Below, piece by piece: positions 50,364 through 61,414 of a DNA stretch of 64,000 bases; position 1 is the first letter of the stretch, and every line of letters starts with the position of its first letter. The position numbers and the translations under genes are program-made. The notes under the pieces are model-generated. The model searched no databases, had not been told where the DNA came from, and saw nothing but the letters and a program-made list of their open reading frames with translations. Origin of the DNA: a bacterium (GTDB lineage: Bacteria > Fidelibacterota > Fidelibacteria > Fidelibacterales > Fidelibacteraceae). The DNA lies in assembly GCA_963676395.1 (NCBI GenBank), contig OY781066.1, positions 2,144,001 through 2,208,000 on the forward strand. Reading direction: 5' to 3'.

Positions 50364-51026
50364 ATGTCACAGAATCATATGACAAAAAAAGAATTGAATG
50401 AAGACCCGTTTTTTGAAGAAGTAGCTCATATTGTTGATTTTTTTAAAAAACATCAGACTTTGTTGATCGCGATCGTTTCCGTATTGATCGTGGCTCTTAT
50501 CGTAGTATTTGGTGGCTCAGCCATCATGAGAAATCAGAATGAAAAAGCTGCAGGACAGTATGGTATTGCAATGGATTATTATAATAAAGCTCAGTATGTA
50601 GAAGCTGAAGATAACTTTATGATCCTGGCAGAACAATATAAAAGAAACGATTGGGGTAAAAGAGCTTATTATTATCTCGCTCTTGTTTCAAAAAATCTCG
50701 GTAACGATGCTATTGAAACCCTTGAATATCTGGAAAAATTCGTATCGACTGACCTTGATGATACCGCTATGAAAGCTGCCGCTTTTAAATTGATCGCTGC
50801 ACATTATTATGGTGAAGGTGATTTGATTATGGCTGCAGATAATTATTTAAAAGCATCTAAAAAAGCTTTATCTCTTAAAGAAAAACTTGATTTGGGGATA
50901 AAAGCCGGAAACCTATATATTGAATCAGACAATGCATCTAAAAAAGATGCTGTGGTCAATTACTTGTTAGGTTTAGATCTAAGTAAAAGTGATGAAGTGC
51001 GTGTTAAAGCACTGACCTTCAGATAA
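50364..51026 (+). CDS. Membrane-anchored TPR protein (YfgM-like)
   Basis: MTKKELNEDPF, one TM helix, TPR-like helices; start taken at ATG 50364. Confidence 0.75.
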   Translation: MSQNHMTKKELNEDPFFEEVAHIVDFFKKHQTLLIAIVSVLIVALIVVFGGSAIMRNQNEKAAGQYGIAMDYYNKAQYVEAEDNFMILAEQYKRNDWGKRAYYYLALVSKNLGNDAIETLEYLEKFVSTDLDDTAMKAAAFKLIAAHYYGEGDLIMAADNYLKASKKALSLKEKLDLGIKAGNLYIESDNASKKDAVVNYLLGLDLSKSDEVRVKALTFR

Positions 51027-51047
51027 TAAATAGTTAAATCATAATTT

Positions 51048-51080
51048 AAGCCTCAGCGATAAACTGAGGCTTTTTTATTT
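51048..51080 (+). terminator. Intrinsic terminator
   Basis: aagcctcag-cgataaa-ctgaggctttttt. Confidence 0.85.
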
Positions 51081-51194
51081 TATTTATTGATTTAACTCAA
51101 GCTATTTGACTCGAACAACTCGATTGAAACATCGTACTTGTTTTGATAACATTATTTATAAGACTTTAAGAAGCTTTTATTTACCTGATTTCTC

Positions 51195-51223
51195 TTGCAC
51201 ATAGCACCTTTAATACATATATT
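51195..51223 (+). promoter_or_regulatory. Putative rimP operon promoter
   Basis: TTGCAC-N17-TATATT. Confidence 0.65.
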
Positions 51224-51230
51224 TGGCGCG

Positions 51231-51260
51231 AAAGTGGGAAAAATCCCACTTTTCTTTTTT
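51231..51260 (+). promoter_or_regulatory. rimP leader hairpin
   Basis: aaagtggga-aaaa-tcccacttt plus T run directly before the GAGG SD. Confidence 0.65.
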
Positions 51261-51274
51261 GAGGACGTTGAAAA

Positions 51275-51721
51275 ATGAATGAAATCAAAGTATTGATCTC
51301 AGACATCGTGGAAAGTGCAGGCTATGTTGTAGAGGATATCAAAATGTCCGAAACAGGTGGTACTCTCAAGGTAATTGTTGACTCGGAAAATGGTATCGAT
51401 TCAGGTGCATTGGTTAAGTTGAGTCGCAGTATCCTTAATAATGAAACCTACGATACAAAGTATGCCGAAACTTTTCGTTTAGAAGTTTCTTCACCCGGAA
51501 TTGATGCTCCCTTGACACAAGTGAGACATTTTAAAAAGAATATGGGTAGAGAGATTGATCTAAAGCATTCGCAGGATGGTGTGGCTAATCCTTTAAGAGG
51601 TCGCATTACTGCCGTTGACAATGATAGTGTTGAGATTGAGTTGGAAAATAAAAAAGAAATTAAAAGCGTTAAGGTGACGATGGATAAGATTGAATCCGGA
51701 ATGCTTCGCTTAAAATGGTAA
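51275..51721 (+). CDS. rimP: Ribosome maturation factor RimP
   Basis: LEVSSPGIDAPL; first gene of the nusA operon. Confidence 0.95.
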   Translation: MNEIKVLISDIVESAGYVVEDIKMSETGGTLKVIVDSENGIDSGALVKLSRSILNNETYDTKYAETFRLEVSSPGIDAPLTQVRHFKKNMGREIDLKHSQDGVANPLRGRITAVDNDSVEIELENKKEIKSVKVTMDKIESGMLRLKW

Positions 51722-51736
51722 ATAGGAGATAGTCAA

Positions 51737-53068
51737 TTGGATAGTAGACATCTTATTGAAGCTTTTGCCAACCTGGCTAAAGAAAAAGGTATCAACCGCT
51801 CCGAAGTTGGCGAGATCATCGTCAAAGTATTTGATACTATAATTAAAAAACAATACGGTGAAGTCGATAACTTTGATGTTATTGTAAACCCCGATAAAGG
51901 TGAAATTGAAATTTATCAGGAATTAACCGTTGTTTCAGATGAAGATCTTGACGATGAAGTGATGGAAATTCCTCTATCGGAAGCGGAAAAGCTACCTGAT
52001 GTTGATGATCCTGAAGTTGGCGAGATCATTGTAAAGGTTATTGACCCGAATATTTTTGGTCGTCGTATGATCTCTGCTGCAAAGCAGGTTCTTGGACAAA
52101 AGATCCGCGAAGTTGAACGTAATCAGGTCTTTGAAGAATATCAAAACCGCGTCGGTGAGATTATTATGGGTAATATCCATCAGATACGTCGAAACGATGC
52201 TGTTTATGTTAATATTGATAAAACAGAATTGAAAATGCCTCGTAACGAACAGATACCTACAGAGCATTATCATCGCGGTGATACCATTAAGGCGATTATA
52301 AAAGAAGTACGTATGTCAACTCGTGGTCCGGAAATTATTATTACACGTGCCGACGATTCTTTCTTGCGTAGATTGTTTGAATTGGAAGTTCCTGAGATAT
52401 TTGACAGTATCGTTGAGATACGCTCAATTGCCCGTGTACCGGGTAAACGCTCAAAGATCATTGTGGAATCGAATGATAAACGTATTGATGCTGTGGGCGC
52501 TTGTGTTGGTATTAAGGGATCTCGTATTAAAGCTATTGTGAAAGAGTTGAGCGGTGAAAATATTGATATTATCAATTACAGTTCAGAATCCGAATTGCTT
52601 ATATCTCGTGCGCTTTCACCTGCTAAACCTCTCTTCCTGGAAATAGACGAAGAACGTCGTACCGTTCTTGCCGTATTCGATGATGATGAGATTGCAACAG
52701 CTATCGGATCAAGCGGTATTAACATTAATCTTGCCGGTCGTGTAACCGGATACGAGATCGATGCGATCCGTCAATCGGAATACAACCGCTTTGAAGGTGA
52801 TGATGTTTATATTGAAGATATCGAAGGTATTTCCTCTGCACAGATTCATGCACTTTCTGATGCCGATATTGAAACTGCAGCTGATTTCTTGAATGCCGAT
52901 GCCGGTGATCTTTTAGAGATCAAAGGTATTGGTGAAAAGACATTCGAAAAGATCGAACAGCTTGTTACCGCAGCACTTGAAGAAAAGCGCAGTTCTGATA
53001 ATGAACTTGATATCGATCACAATACTGAAGAAGAAGACACTGAAGCCTCGGAAGAGGCCTCTGAATAA
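51737..53068 (+). CDS. nusA: Transcription factor NusA
   Basis: FGRR..AKQV, LFELEVPEI, DAVGACVG, AIGSSG; TTG start. Confidence 0.97.
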   Translation: MDSRHLIEAFANLAKEKGINRSEVGEIIVKVFDTIIKKQYGEVDNFDVIVNPDKGEIEIYQELTVVSDEDLDDEVMEIPLSEAEKLPDVDDPEVGEIIVKVIDPNIFGRRMISAAKQVLGQKIREVERNQVFEEYQNRVGEIIMGNIHQIRRNDAVYVNIDKTELKMPRNEQIPTEHYHRGDTIKAIIKEVRMSTRGPEIIITRADDSFLRRLFELEVPEIFDSIVEIRSIARVPGKRSKIIVESNDKRIDAVGACVGIKGSRIKAIVKELSGENIDIINYSSESELLISRALSPAKPLFLEIDEERRTVLAVFDDDEIATAIGSSGININLAGRVTGYEIDAIRQSEYNRFEGDDVYIEDIEGISSAQIHALSDADIETAADFLNADAGDLLEIKGIGEKTFEKIEQLVTAALEEKRSSDNELDIDHNTEEEDTEASEEASE

Positions 53069-53086
53069 ATGAATTAGGAGTCGCGT

Positions 53087-55774
53087 ATGACAGCTTCCGC
53101 TGATAAACCGGTAAAAATATTTCAGCTGGCGAAGCAACTGAATACCTCTCATAGAGATATTATTGAATATCTCAAATCACAGAATATCGAAGCTTCGCTT
53201 AATAAAGCCCTGGAGCCCGAAATTCTTGAGGTAGTGCTGAAGCATTTTGCCGAAGATGTAAAAAAAGCGGATAATTTAATGGTTCAGCGTGAGCAGAAGC
53301 GAATGGCTGAAGAAGACCGCAGAAAAAATCGCGAACAAGAAAAACTTGAAGAAGAAGCTGCTCGCAAAAAGGTTGAGGAAATGGTCCTTGATTCTCTTAA
53401 GGATAAGCCTAAACCACCTCCTGCGCCTCCTGTAACGGTTGTAACAGAAGAATCTGTGACGGAAGAACCGGTTAAAAAATCCGATGTGGTTATTGAGAAG
53501 AAAACGATTCAAAAAGAAAAAGAAATCAAACGTAAAGCCGAAGAAGAAGCTCGTAAGCTTAAAGAACAAAAAGAAGCTCGGCTTAAAGCCGAAAAGGCTG
53601 CCGCCGAAGAGCTGAAAAAAGAAGAAAAGAAAAATCAGAGTAAAGACGGCGATAAAAAGAAGAAAAAAGATAAGAACAAAAAAGGCGTTCAGCAGCCTAA
53701 TCAGCAGCAGACTCAACAACAATTCGAGAATAAACTTGAAAAGTTGAAAGCTCGCCATAAACATGCGACAAAACGTATTCAGGTTTCTGAGATGGAATCC
53801 CGTCTGGATAAATTCCGTCAGTCCAAGAATATTGAAGATCTTGAAACCGGTAACGCAAATCCTGCGGCAAAACGTAAGAGTAAACGAAGAAAACATGTTG
53901 ATCAAGCTGAGGTTAATAAAGCCTTAAAGGCAACACTTGCTTCAATGAGTGATAAGCCTAAAAAGAAAAAATATAAAACCAGCAAGCAAGAAAACGGTGA
54001 AGAGTTCATTGACAGCGGTGTCATTGAGATCACGGAATTTATTTCTGTTGATGAATTGGCAAAACATTTTGATGTAAGCGCTGTTGATATTATCGGTAAA
54101 TGTATGGGACTTGGATTAATGGTAACCATTAATCAACGTCTCGACTGGGATACTATTGAACTGCTTGCCACCGAATATGAGCTTGAAGTAAGTAAACTTA
54201 GCGAATATACCGAAGAAATCATCGAAGAAGAGGAAGAAGAGTACGAAGGCAAACTTTGTGAAAGACCTCCTGTTGTTACCGTTATGGGACACGTTGATCA
54301 TGGTAAGACATCAATTCTTGATTACATCCGAAACGCCCATGTGGTACAGGGTGAATCCGGTGGTATTACTCAGCATATCGGTGCTTATTCGGTAATGACA
54401 ACAGCCGGTAAACGTATTACTTTCCTTGATACACCGGGACACGAAGCTTTTACTGCTATGCGTGCTCGTGGTGCTCAGGCTACCGATATTGTTGTCGTTG
54501 TTGTTGCGGCCGACGATGGTGTAATGCCTCAGACAAAAGAAGCCATAAACCATGCTCAAGCTGCGGGTGTTCCGATGATCATTGCCATCAATAAGATGGA
54601 TAAACCGGATATTGATCCCGATAGAGTTATTCGCGAACTATCTGAAAATAATGTTTTGGTCGAAGATTGGGGCGGTGCTATTCAAAGTGTCCGCGTATCG
54701 GCCAAAAGCGGCTTAAATATGGATGCTTTGCTTGAAGCTATTTTGCTTGAAGCGGAAGTTCTGGAATTAAAATCATCACCTGAAGGTAAGGCACGTGGTG
54801 TCGTTATCGAATCTCAGCTTGATAAGGGTTTGGGAGCTATTGCAACCGTATTGATCAATCGTGGTACCGTTAAGGTGGGTGATCCCTTTATTTGTGGTCG
54901 CTTTGCCGGTAAAGTTCGCTCTATGATGAATGAATATGCCGATAGATTGCAAGAAGCAAAGCCTGCTGATCCTGTTCAGATCCAGGGGTTTGATTCCGTA
55001 CCGCAAGCGGGTGACCAATTTATCGTTATGAACGATGAAAAAGAAGCTCGCCGCATTGCCAATGAACGACAAATTATTCACCGTGAGCAAGAGTTTAGAG
55101 CTCAGTCGCTGCAAACATTGGATGAGATAGGACGTCAGATCGCTGAAGGTCGTACCCGTGAACTTGCTTTAGTTATTAAGGGTGATGTAGACGGTTCGAT
55201 CGAAGCTTTGGCTGATTCATTTATGAAGCTATCGACCAAAGAAGTTGCAGTTAAGGTTATTCACCGGGGTATAGGTATGATCAACGAAGGTGATATCAAC
55301 CTTGCATCTGCATCGAATGCGGTTATTATCGGATTTCATGTAAATGCTACTTCACAAGCTTTGGAAGTCGCTAAAGACCGGAGTGTTGAGATCCGTAATT
55401 ACACGGTTATTTATGATGCGGTTGAAGATGTAAGACTGGCACTCGAAGGTTTACTTGAACCTGACAAAGTCGTAGAAGTTCTCGGTTCAGCCGAAGTGCG
55501 TCAGTTGATTAAAATCTCAAAAGTCGGTGTGATTGCCGGTTCTATCGTGAACAGTGGTATCATGAAAAGAAATACGACCATTCGTATTTTGCGTAGCGGT
55601 GAAGAAGTATTTAAAGGCTATTTGAGCTCAATAAAACGTTTTAAAGATGATGTTAAAGAAGTGAAAGAAGGTTTTGAATGTGGTATCTACATTGATTCTT
55701 TCACAGATTTTAAAGAAGGCGATATTATCGAAAGCTACCAGGAAAAAGCCGTTAAGAGGAAACTGGAGGTTTGA
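53087..55774 (+). CDS. infB: Translation initiation factor IF-2
   Basis: RPPVVTVMGHVDHGKT, DTPGHEAF, NKMD. Confidence 0.99.
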   Translation: MTASADKPVKIFQLAKQLNTSHRDIIEYLKSQNIEASLNKALEPEILEVVLKHFAEDVKKADNLMVQREQKRMAEEDRRKNREQEKLEEEAARKKVEEMVLDSLKDKPKPPPAPPVTVVTEESVTEEPVKKSDVVIEKKTIQKEKEIKRKAEEEARKLKEQKEARLKAEKAAAEELKKEEKKNQSKDGDKKKKKDKNKKGVQQPNQQQTQQQFENKLEKLKARHKHATKRIQVSEMESRLDKFRQSKNIEDLETGNANPAAKRKSKRRKHVDQAEVNKALKATLASMSDKPKKKKYKTSKQENGEEFIDSGVIEITEFISVDELAKHFDVSAVDIIGKCMGLGLMVTINQRLDWDTIELLATEYELEVSKLSEYTEEIIEEEEEEYEGKLCERPPVVTVMGHVDHGKTSILDYIRNAHVVQGESGGITQHIGAYSVMTTAGKRITFLDTPGHEAFTAMRARGAQATDIVVVVVAADDGVMPQTKEAINHAQAAGVPMIIAINKMDKPDIDPDRVIRELSENNVLVEDWGGAIQSVRVSAKSGLNMDALLEAILLEAEVLELKSSPEGKARGVVIESQLDKGLGAIATVLINRGTVKVGDPFICGRFAGKVRSMMNEYADRLQEAKPADPVQIQGFDSVPQAGDQFIVMNDEKEARRIANERQIIHREQEFRAQSLQTLDEIGRQIAEGRTRELALVIKGDVDGSIEALADSFMKLSTKEVAVKVIHRGIGMINEGDINLASASNAVIIGFHVNATSQALEVAKDRSVEIRNYTVIYDAVEDVRLALEGLLEPDKVVEVLGSAEVRQLIKISKVGVIAGSIVNSGIMKRNTTIRILRSGEEVFKGYLSSIKRFKDDVKEVKEGFECGIYIDSFTDFKEGDIIESYQEKAVKRKLEV

Positions 55775-56112
55775 TGATATCAAGAGCGGATAGATTAGCA
55801 CGAGAGATCAGATACGCCGTAGGCGATATGCTGATCCATTCGGCTCCCGAAGAATGTAAGGGTGTCATGCTAACCGTTTCCAGAGTTGAATTGACTCAGG
55901 ATTTAAAAGAAGCGCGTATTTTTGTTTCGGTATATCCACCGGATGAAGCTGTACGTAAGCGCTGTCTTTCCGCTTTGATCGCAAATAAAGGTCGTATCAG
56001 ATTAGAGATCGGGAATAAGGTCATTATGAGATACGTACCAAAAATTAGACTGTTCATTGACGATAGTTTGGACAATGTTGAAACCATTAACACATTATTG
56101 CAAGAGATCTGA
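55771..56112 (+). CDS. rbfA: Ribosome-binding factor A
   Basis: TVSRVELTQDL..ARIFVS, MRYVPKI..DDS; synteny. Confidence 0.93.
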   Translation: MMISRADRLAREIRYAVGDMLIHSAPEECKGVMLTVSRVELTQDLKEARIFVSVYPPDEAVRKRCLSALIANKGRIRLEIGNKVIMRYVPKIRLFIDDSLDNVETINTLLQEI

Positions 56113-56797
56113 GGATGGAACGATCGCAGGTATGACCCTGCCCGTTCATAAACCCATTGATTGGACATCCTTTGATGTTGTAAATAAATTAAGATATGTG
56201 ACCGGCTTTAAGAAAGTTGGCCACGCCGGTACTTTGGACCCCTTCGCCGAAGGAGTGCTGATCCTTGGCTTTGGCAAGCACACTAAGTTGCTTGATGAAC
56301 ATAAAGGGAAATCGAAGGTATACCGGGTTGACATCGAGCTTGGAAAAGAGACCGATACTCTGGATAGGGAAGGTCAGGTTGTGAAAAGCTGTGAGCTCAC
56401 ATCGCCACCGAGTTTAGAAGACATTCATGCCGTTCTTGAAAAGTTCAAGGGTGATATCACCCAAATACCGCCGATGTTCTCGGCTAAGAAAGTCAAGGGG
56501 AAACGCTTGTACAAAATGGCGAGAGAAGGCAAGATCATTGAAAGAGACCCTATTAAGGTCAATATAGCAAATTTGGAGATCATTGAATATGACGCTCCCA
56601 TATTGAGCTTAAGGGTAGAATGCAGTACAGGAACCTATATTCGTACTTTGGCCGCTGATATCGGAAAAGAATTAGGATGCGGAGCATATGCTTTAAATCT
56701 TGTTCGGGAACGTGTCGGTGAATTTACCTTGGACGAATCATATAGTGTAGAGGCTTTTATTGAAGCATGGACATCATTAGAAAGCTCGAAGACTTAA
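56057..56797 (+). CDS. truB: tRNA pseudouridine(55) synthase (start uncertain, maybe 56075 or 56132)
   Basis: KP..WTSFDVV, KVGHAGTLDP, PPMFSA, GTYIRTLA. Confidence 0.96.
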   Translation: MTIVWTMLKPLTHYCKRSEDGTIAGMTLPVHKPIDWTSFDVVNKLRYVTGFKKVGHAGTLDPFAEGVLILGFGKHTKLLDEHKGKSKVYRVDIELGKETDTLDREGQVVKSCELTSPPSLEDIHAVLEKFKGDITQIPPMFSAKKVKGKRLYKMAREGKIIERDPIKVNIANLEIIEYDAPILSLRVECSTGTYIRTLAADIGKELGCGAYALNLVRERVGEFTLDESYSVEAFIEAWTSLESSKT

Positions 56798-57702
56798 AAG
56801 ACAGACCGGCGGTTACGTTGGCAATAGGTTCATTTGATGGACTGCATATAGGACATCGAAAGATTCTTGAAACTGTTCGTACTGAAGCCAAAGAACTTGG
56901 TGTAAAAAGCATGATAATGACCTTCGCGCCAACACCAAGAGAGGTATTCAGTCGACAAAAAGAGATCGCATTGATGAAACCTAAGGAAAAAATCGATGCA
57001 ATAAAGGCATTGGGAATTGATATTGTTTCTTTGAAGCACTTCGACCTGGAATTTGCCTCTATACAACCGGATGATTTCCTGAAACGCTTATTGACATTTC
57101 TTGACTTGAAGGTTTTAGTTGCCGGTCCCGACCATTCTATCGGTAAAAAAGAAGAAGGCGGACTGGATTATCTAAAGAAAGCTGCCGATGAGCATGGCTT
57201 TAAACTTGTTGTCGTACCGAAAACACGCTACAAGAATGAAGACATATCATCTCAGTTGATCAGAAAAACTTTGAAAATGGGCAAAATTGATGATGTTATC
57301 GCCATGATGGGCTCCGAATATCGCATTTCGGGAACGATTGTTCCCGGACAGCAACGTGGCAGAACCATGGGGTTCCCGACATTGAATATTGAACCGGATA
57401 TGGTAAATTGTCTTATGCCGGCTTTCGGTGTTTATTGTGTGAGAGTTCGTTTGGATGAAGAAGATCTTCAGGGTATATGCAATATCGGGATAAGGCCTAC
57501 TTTTATAGAAAATAATCTTTCTATGGAAGTGCATGTGCTGAATAAGGATCTCGATCACCAATATGGTAAGCATGTGGAAATATATTTTAAGCACTTTGTT
57601 CGTAAAGAGCAAAAATTTGACACTAAGGAAGCTCTTATAGAGCAAATAAGTAAAGATATTAATGAATGTAAAATATTGACGGAGGAAAAATGTCAACATT
57701 AA
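56767..57702 (+). CDS. ribF: Bifunctional FAD synthetase / riboflavin kinase
   Basis: [37 protein letters not shown]. Confidence 0.97.
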   Translation: MDIIRKLEDLKDRPAVTLAIGSFDGLHIGHRKILETVRTEAKELGVKSMIMTFAPTPREVFSRQKEIALMKPKEKIDAIKALGIDIVSLKHFDLEFASIQPDDFLKRLLTFLDLKVLVAGPDHSIGKKEEGGLDYLKKAADEHGFKLVVVPKTRYKNEDISSQLIRKTLKMGKIDDVIAMMGSEYRISGTIVPGQQRGRTMGFPTLNIEPDMVNCLMPAFGVYCVRVRLDEEDLQGICNIGIRPTFIENNLSMEVHVLNKDLDHQYGKHVEIYFKHFVRKEQKFDTKEALIEQISKDINECKILTEEKCQH

Positions 57703-57962
57703 CTAAAGATCAAATCACTGAAATTGTAAAGAAATTTGGAAAAGATGAAAAAGATACCGGTTCACCTGAAGTTCAGGTTGCACTTTTAACACAACGTATT
57801 AAAGACCTGACTGAACATGTAAAATTACACAAAAAAGATCACCACAACCGTCGCGGTCTTTTAAAACTCGTTGGACAGCGTACACGTTTATTGCGCTACA
57901 TCAAAGCCAACGATTACAACCGTTATCTTTCACTGATCAAAGAATTAGGATTGAGAAAATAA
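57690..57962 (+). CDS. rpsO: 30S ribosomal protein S15
   Basis: [29 protein letters not shown]. Confidence 0.99.
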   Translation: MSTLTKDQITEIVKKFGKDEKDTGSPEVQVALLTQRIKDLTEHVKLHKKDHHNRRGLLKLVGQRTRLLRYIKANDYNRYLSLIKELGLRK

Positions 57963-58007
57963 CATAAAAGAGACAGCAGGAAGGTAGTTGCTGTCGAGGA
58001 GAAAACT

Positions 58008-60176
58008 TTGATTACAAAAGAAAAAACTATCGCCGGTAAGCTGGTACAACTCGAAACGGGGCGTATGGCTAAACAGGCGGATGGTGCCGTTATCGCAAGA
58101 CTTGGCGACACCATGGTACTGGCGACTGTCGTGTCCAGTAAAGACATGCGTGAAGGCACCGATTTCGTTCCATTGTCAGTAGAATTTCGTGAAAAATTCT
58201 ATGCAAGTGGTAAGATCCCCGGTGGTTTTTTACGTCGTGAAGGTCGTTTGTCCGATCGCGAAATTCTCAGCTCGAGAATTATCGATCGTCAGATCCGCCC
58301 TTTACTTCCCAAGAACTGGTATTATGAAACACAAGTTATCGTCAATGTATTATCATATGATGGTGAACATCAAGCCGATATGATAGGTGCTGTAGCCGCT
58401 TCTGCAGCTTTAAGTATTTCCAATATTCCTTTTGAAGGACCTATCGCATCAGCACGAACAGCTCGCATTGATGGCGAATACGTTATTGATCCACTCTATT
58501 CACAGTTTGAAGAAAGTGATATTGAGATTGTTGTTGCCGGTTCAAAAGACAATATAGTTATGGTTGAAGGCGAAGCCAAAGAAGTATCGGAAGATGAATT
58601 TTTGGGTGCTGTTGAAGCTGCGCATGGAGCAATTAAAGAACTGATCGAATTACAGGAAGAACTGATCGCAGAGATCAATCCGGTAAAACGTGAAGCTCCT
58701 GCAGTGGAAGAGGATGAAGAATTTAAAGCCAAGGTCGTTGAGATGGTTGGCAAAAAAATGGATAAGATCCTCGCCATTACAATGAAACAGGAGAGAGCAG
58801 CTGCCGAAGACGAATTGGTCGCCGGTATCATTGAAGCTCTCGAAGAAGAATATCCCGAATGTGAAAAAGATGTCAAAGGCATCGTTCATGATATTCATAA
58901 AGAAGAGATCCGTAAAAAGATCCTTAAGAAAAAAGTCCGTGTAGACGGCCGTAAAACAAATGAGATTCGTAAAATCACTGCTGAAGCTTCCATCTTGCCA
59001 CGTACACATGGTTCTGCCTTATTTACCCGTGGTGAAACTCAAGCTTTGGTTACTACGACTCTAGGCTCTTCACGTGATGCACAGTTATTGGATAGTATTG
59101 ATGGTAATGAAGATAAAGTCTACATGCTTCAATATAACTTTCCACCATTTTCAACCGGTGAAGCACGTATGATCCGTGGCGTTTCCCGTCGCGAAGTTGG
59201 TCATGGTAACTTAGCCGAACGTTCATTGAAACCCGTTCTTCCGTCAGCAGAAGACTTCCCTTATACCATTCGTGTGGTTTCGGATATTTTGGAATCAAAC
59301 GGTTCCTCATCTATGGCCTCGGTATGTGGTGGTTGTTTGTCTCTGATGGATGCAGGTGTTCCTTTGAAGAAAATGGTATCGGGTATTGCTATGGGGTTGA
59401 TCACTGACGGTGACAAGTTCGCAGTACTTTCTGATATTCTTGGTGAAGAAGATCATTATGGTGATATGGACTTCAAAGTAACCGGTACCGAAGACGGTAT
59501 TACGGCTATTCAAATGGATCTTAAGATTGATGGTTTATCATTTGATCTTATGAAAACCGCTTTACAGCAGGCTAAAGAAGGTCGCCTCCATATTCTTGGT
59601 GAAATGAGAAAAGGTTTGGACGCACCCAGAACAGAACTCAGTAAATGGGCTCCTCGCATGAGTTCAATGAAAATCGACACCGAAAAGATCGGTGCGGTGA
59701 TTGGACCGGGCGGTAAGGTTATTAAAGAGATCATTGCTGAAACAGGTGTTGAAATGGACATCGATCAAGACGGTACAGTTAAGATCTTTACCATGGATGC
59801 TGCCGCTGCTGAAGCCGCTGAAAACTGGGTTAAATCACTTGTAGCTGAACCTGAAGTGGGCAAGATTTACGATGCAAAAGTAACTCGTCTTATGGACTTC
59901 GGAGCTTTTGTTGAATTTATGCCCGGTAAAGAAGGTTTGGTTCATATCTCTGAAATGGCTTGGGAAAGAACCAATGCTGTGACAGATGTTGTTAAATTAA
60001 ATGATGCGGTTAAGGTTAAATTGTTCGAAGTTGATAGTCAAGGTCGTGTGAACTTGAGTATGAAACGCACAACAGAACCTCCCGAAGGATATGTTGAACC
60101 CGAACGTAAACCACGTCCTCCGAGAAAGAACGGAAACAGCAATTCACGCGGTGGCCGCAACAATAACCGTAACTAA
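58008..60176 (+). CDS. pnp: Polyribonucleotide nucleotidyltransferase
   Basis: ETGRMAKQADG, RREVGHG, SNGSSSMAS, GDMDFK, KH and S1 domains; TTG start. Confidence 0.99.
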   Translation: MITKEKTIAGKLVQLETGRMAKQADGAVIARLGDTMVLATVVSSKDMREGTDFVPLSVEFREKFYASGKIPGGFLRREGRLSDREILSSRIIDRQIRPLLPKNWYYETQVIVNVLSYDGEHQADMIGAVAASAALSISNIPFEGPIASARTARIDGEYVIDPLYSQFEESDIEIVVAGSKDNIVMVEGEAKEVSEDEFLGAVEAAHGAIKELIELQEELIAEINPVKREAPAVEEDEEFKAKVVEMVGKKMDKILAITMKQERAAAEDELVAGIIEALEEEYPECEKDVKGIVHDIHKEEIRKKILKKKVRVDGRKTNEIRKITAEASILPRTHGSALFTRGETQALVTTTLGSSRDAQLLDSIDGNEDKVYMLQYNFPPFSTGEARMIRGVSRREVGHGNLAERSLKPVLPSAEDFPYTIRVVSDILESNGSSSMASVCGGCLSLMDAGVPLKKMVSGIAMGLITDGDKFAVLSDILGEEDHYGDMDFKVTGTEDGITAIQMDLKIDGLSFDLMKTALQQAKEGRLHILGEMRKGLDAPRTELSKWAPRMSSMKIDTEKIGAVIGPGGKVIKEIIAETGVEMDIDQDGTVKIFTMDAAAAEAAENWVKSLVAEPEVGKIYDAKVTRLMDFGAFVEFMPGKEGLVHISEMAWERTNAVTDVVKLNDAVKVKLFEVDSQGRVNLSMKRTTEPPEGYVEPERKPRPPRKNGNSNSRGGRNNNRN

Positions 60177-61414
60177 TGCAATTACCCTATAATAAAAGCA
60201 TATTAGAAAACGGAATAACAGTACTGACCCGATCGGTCGAATCTCTTCGATCGGTCGCGGTCGGTATCTTTATTCAAGCGGGTTCTTCAGACGAAACATC
60301 CTCTAATAACGGTATTGCTCATTTTTTAGAGCATATGTCCTTTAAACGTACTCAAAAGCGTGATGCATATGATATTGTAGAGGATATAGAATCAAAAGGT
60401 GGTCATGTAAATGCCTATACCTCAAGAGAAATGACGGCTTATTATGCCCGAGTGCTTGATACAGAGGTGACTACTGCACTTGATGTACTGGCCGATATTG
60501 TAATAAATTCTACATATCCAAAAGATGAGATCAAACGTGAAAGATCTGTTGTGATTGAAGAGATTCGTGATTCTCTGGATACGCCTCAGGATATCGCAAA
60601 TGATGCTTTTATGAAACAGATGTTTCCCGATCATCCCTACGGATATCCTATTATGGGATCTGTTGATACCGTTTCGAGCTTTGATTATGATGTAATTCGT
60701 GATTTTGTCGATAATCAATACGTGCCCGAAAGGATTACGATCGTAGCTGTTGGAGCCGTTGATCACGAATCAGTCCTTAGCAAAGTTAAAACCGATATGG
60801 GTGATATACCTGTTAGCGGAAAAAAACCTAAGGACTATGCTTTAAGTGATCCTGTTGAAAAGGATATTTCCATAACGCGCGATATCGCCCAAACTCATAT
60901 GATCATAGGACGCCGTTCTTATCCGTATACAGACGATCGTCGTATGGCCTATGCTATCTTGAATTCAATTCTTTCTGCAGGCATGACCTCGAGATTGTTT
61001 CACAATATTCGTGAAAAATATGGGTTTGCCTATACCATCTATTCATTTATTGATGCATTTAAATATTCCGGCTTGTTTGGAGTTTACGTTGCTACGGACC
61101 TGAAGCATGTAAATATGTTGCAGGATCTGATTTGGAAAGAGTTTAATAAACTCAAGAATGAAGGTATTTCAAAGGCGGAGCTGGATAAAGTAAAAGCCCA
61201 GAGCAAAGGTTCATTGGTCATGGGACTTGAGAGTATGTACCATCAAATGGAAAGAATGATCCAGCAACATGCCCGCTATGGTAGAATCGTCAGTATTGAT
61301 GAATCACTCAAAAAAATTGAAAGTGTTACCCCCGAGGATATTCAATCTTTGGCAAATGATCTTTTTGATGAAAGTACATTTCATCGCCTTTTATTAAAAC
61401 CTAATGGTAAATAG
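60176..61414 (+). CDS. M16 family zinc peptidase
   Basis: GIAHFLEHMSFK (HxxEH), NAYTS, SRLF..IREKYG. Confidence 0.95.
   Translation: MQLPYNKSILENGITVLTRSVESLRSVAVGIFIQAGSSDETSSNNGIAHFLEHMSFKRTQKRDAYDIVEDIESKGGHVNAYTSREMTAYYARVLDTEVTTALDVLADIVINSTYPKDEIKRERSVVIEEIRDSLDTPQDIANDAFMKQMFPDHPYGYPIMGSVDTVSSFDYDVIRDFVDNQYVPERITIVAVGAVDHESVLSKVKTDMGDIPVSGKKPKDYALSDPVEKDISITRDIAQTHMIIGRRSYPYTDDRRMAYAILNSILSAGMTSRLFHNIREKYGFAYTIYSFIDAFKYSGLFGVYVATDLKHVNMLQDLIWKEFNKLKNEGISKAELDKVKAQSKGSLVMGLESMYHQMERMIQQHARYGRIVSIDESLKKIESVTPEDIQSLANDLFDESTFHRLLLKPNGK

Noticed and set aside
50194..50385. 63-aa minus-strand ORF
   Set aside because: Overlaps tRNA-Arg antisense
57617..57645. TTGACA inside ribF as an internal rpsO promoter
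   Set aside because: No acceptable -10 at 16-18 nt spacing
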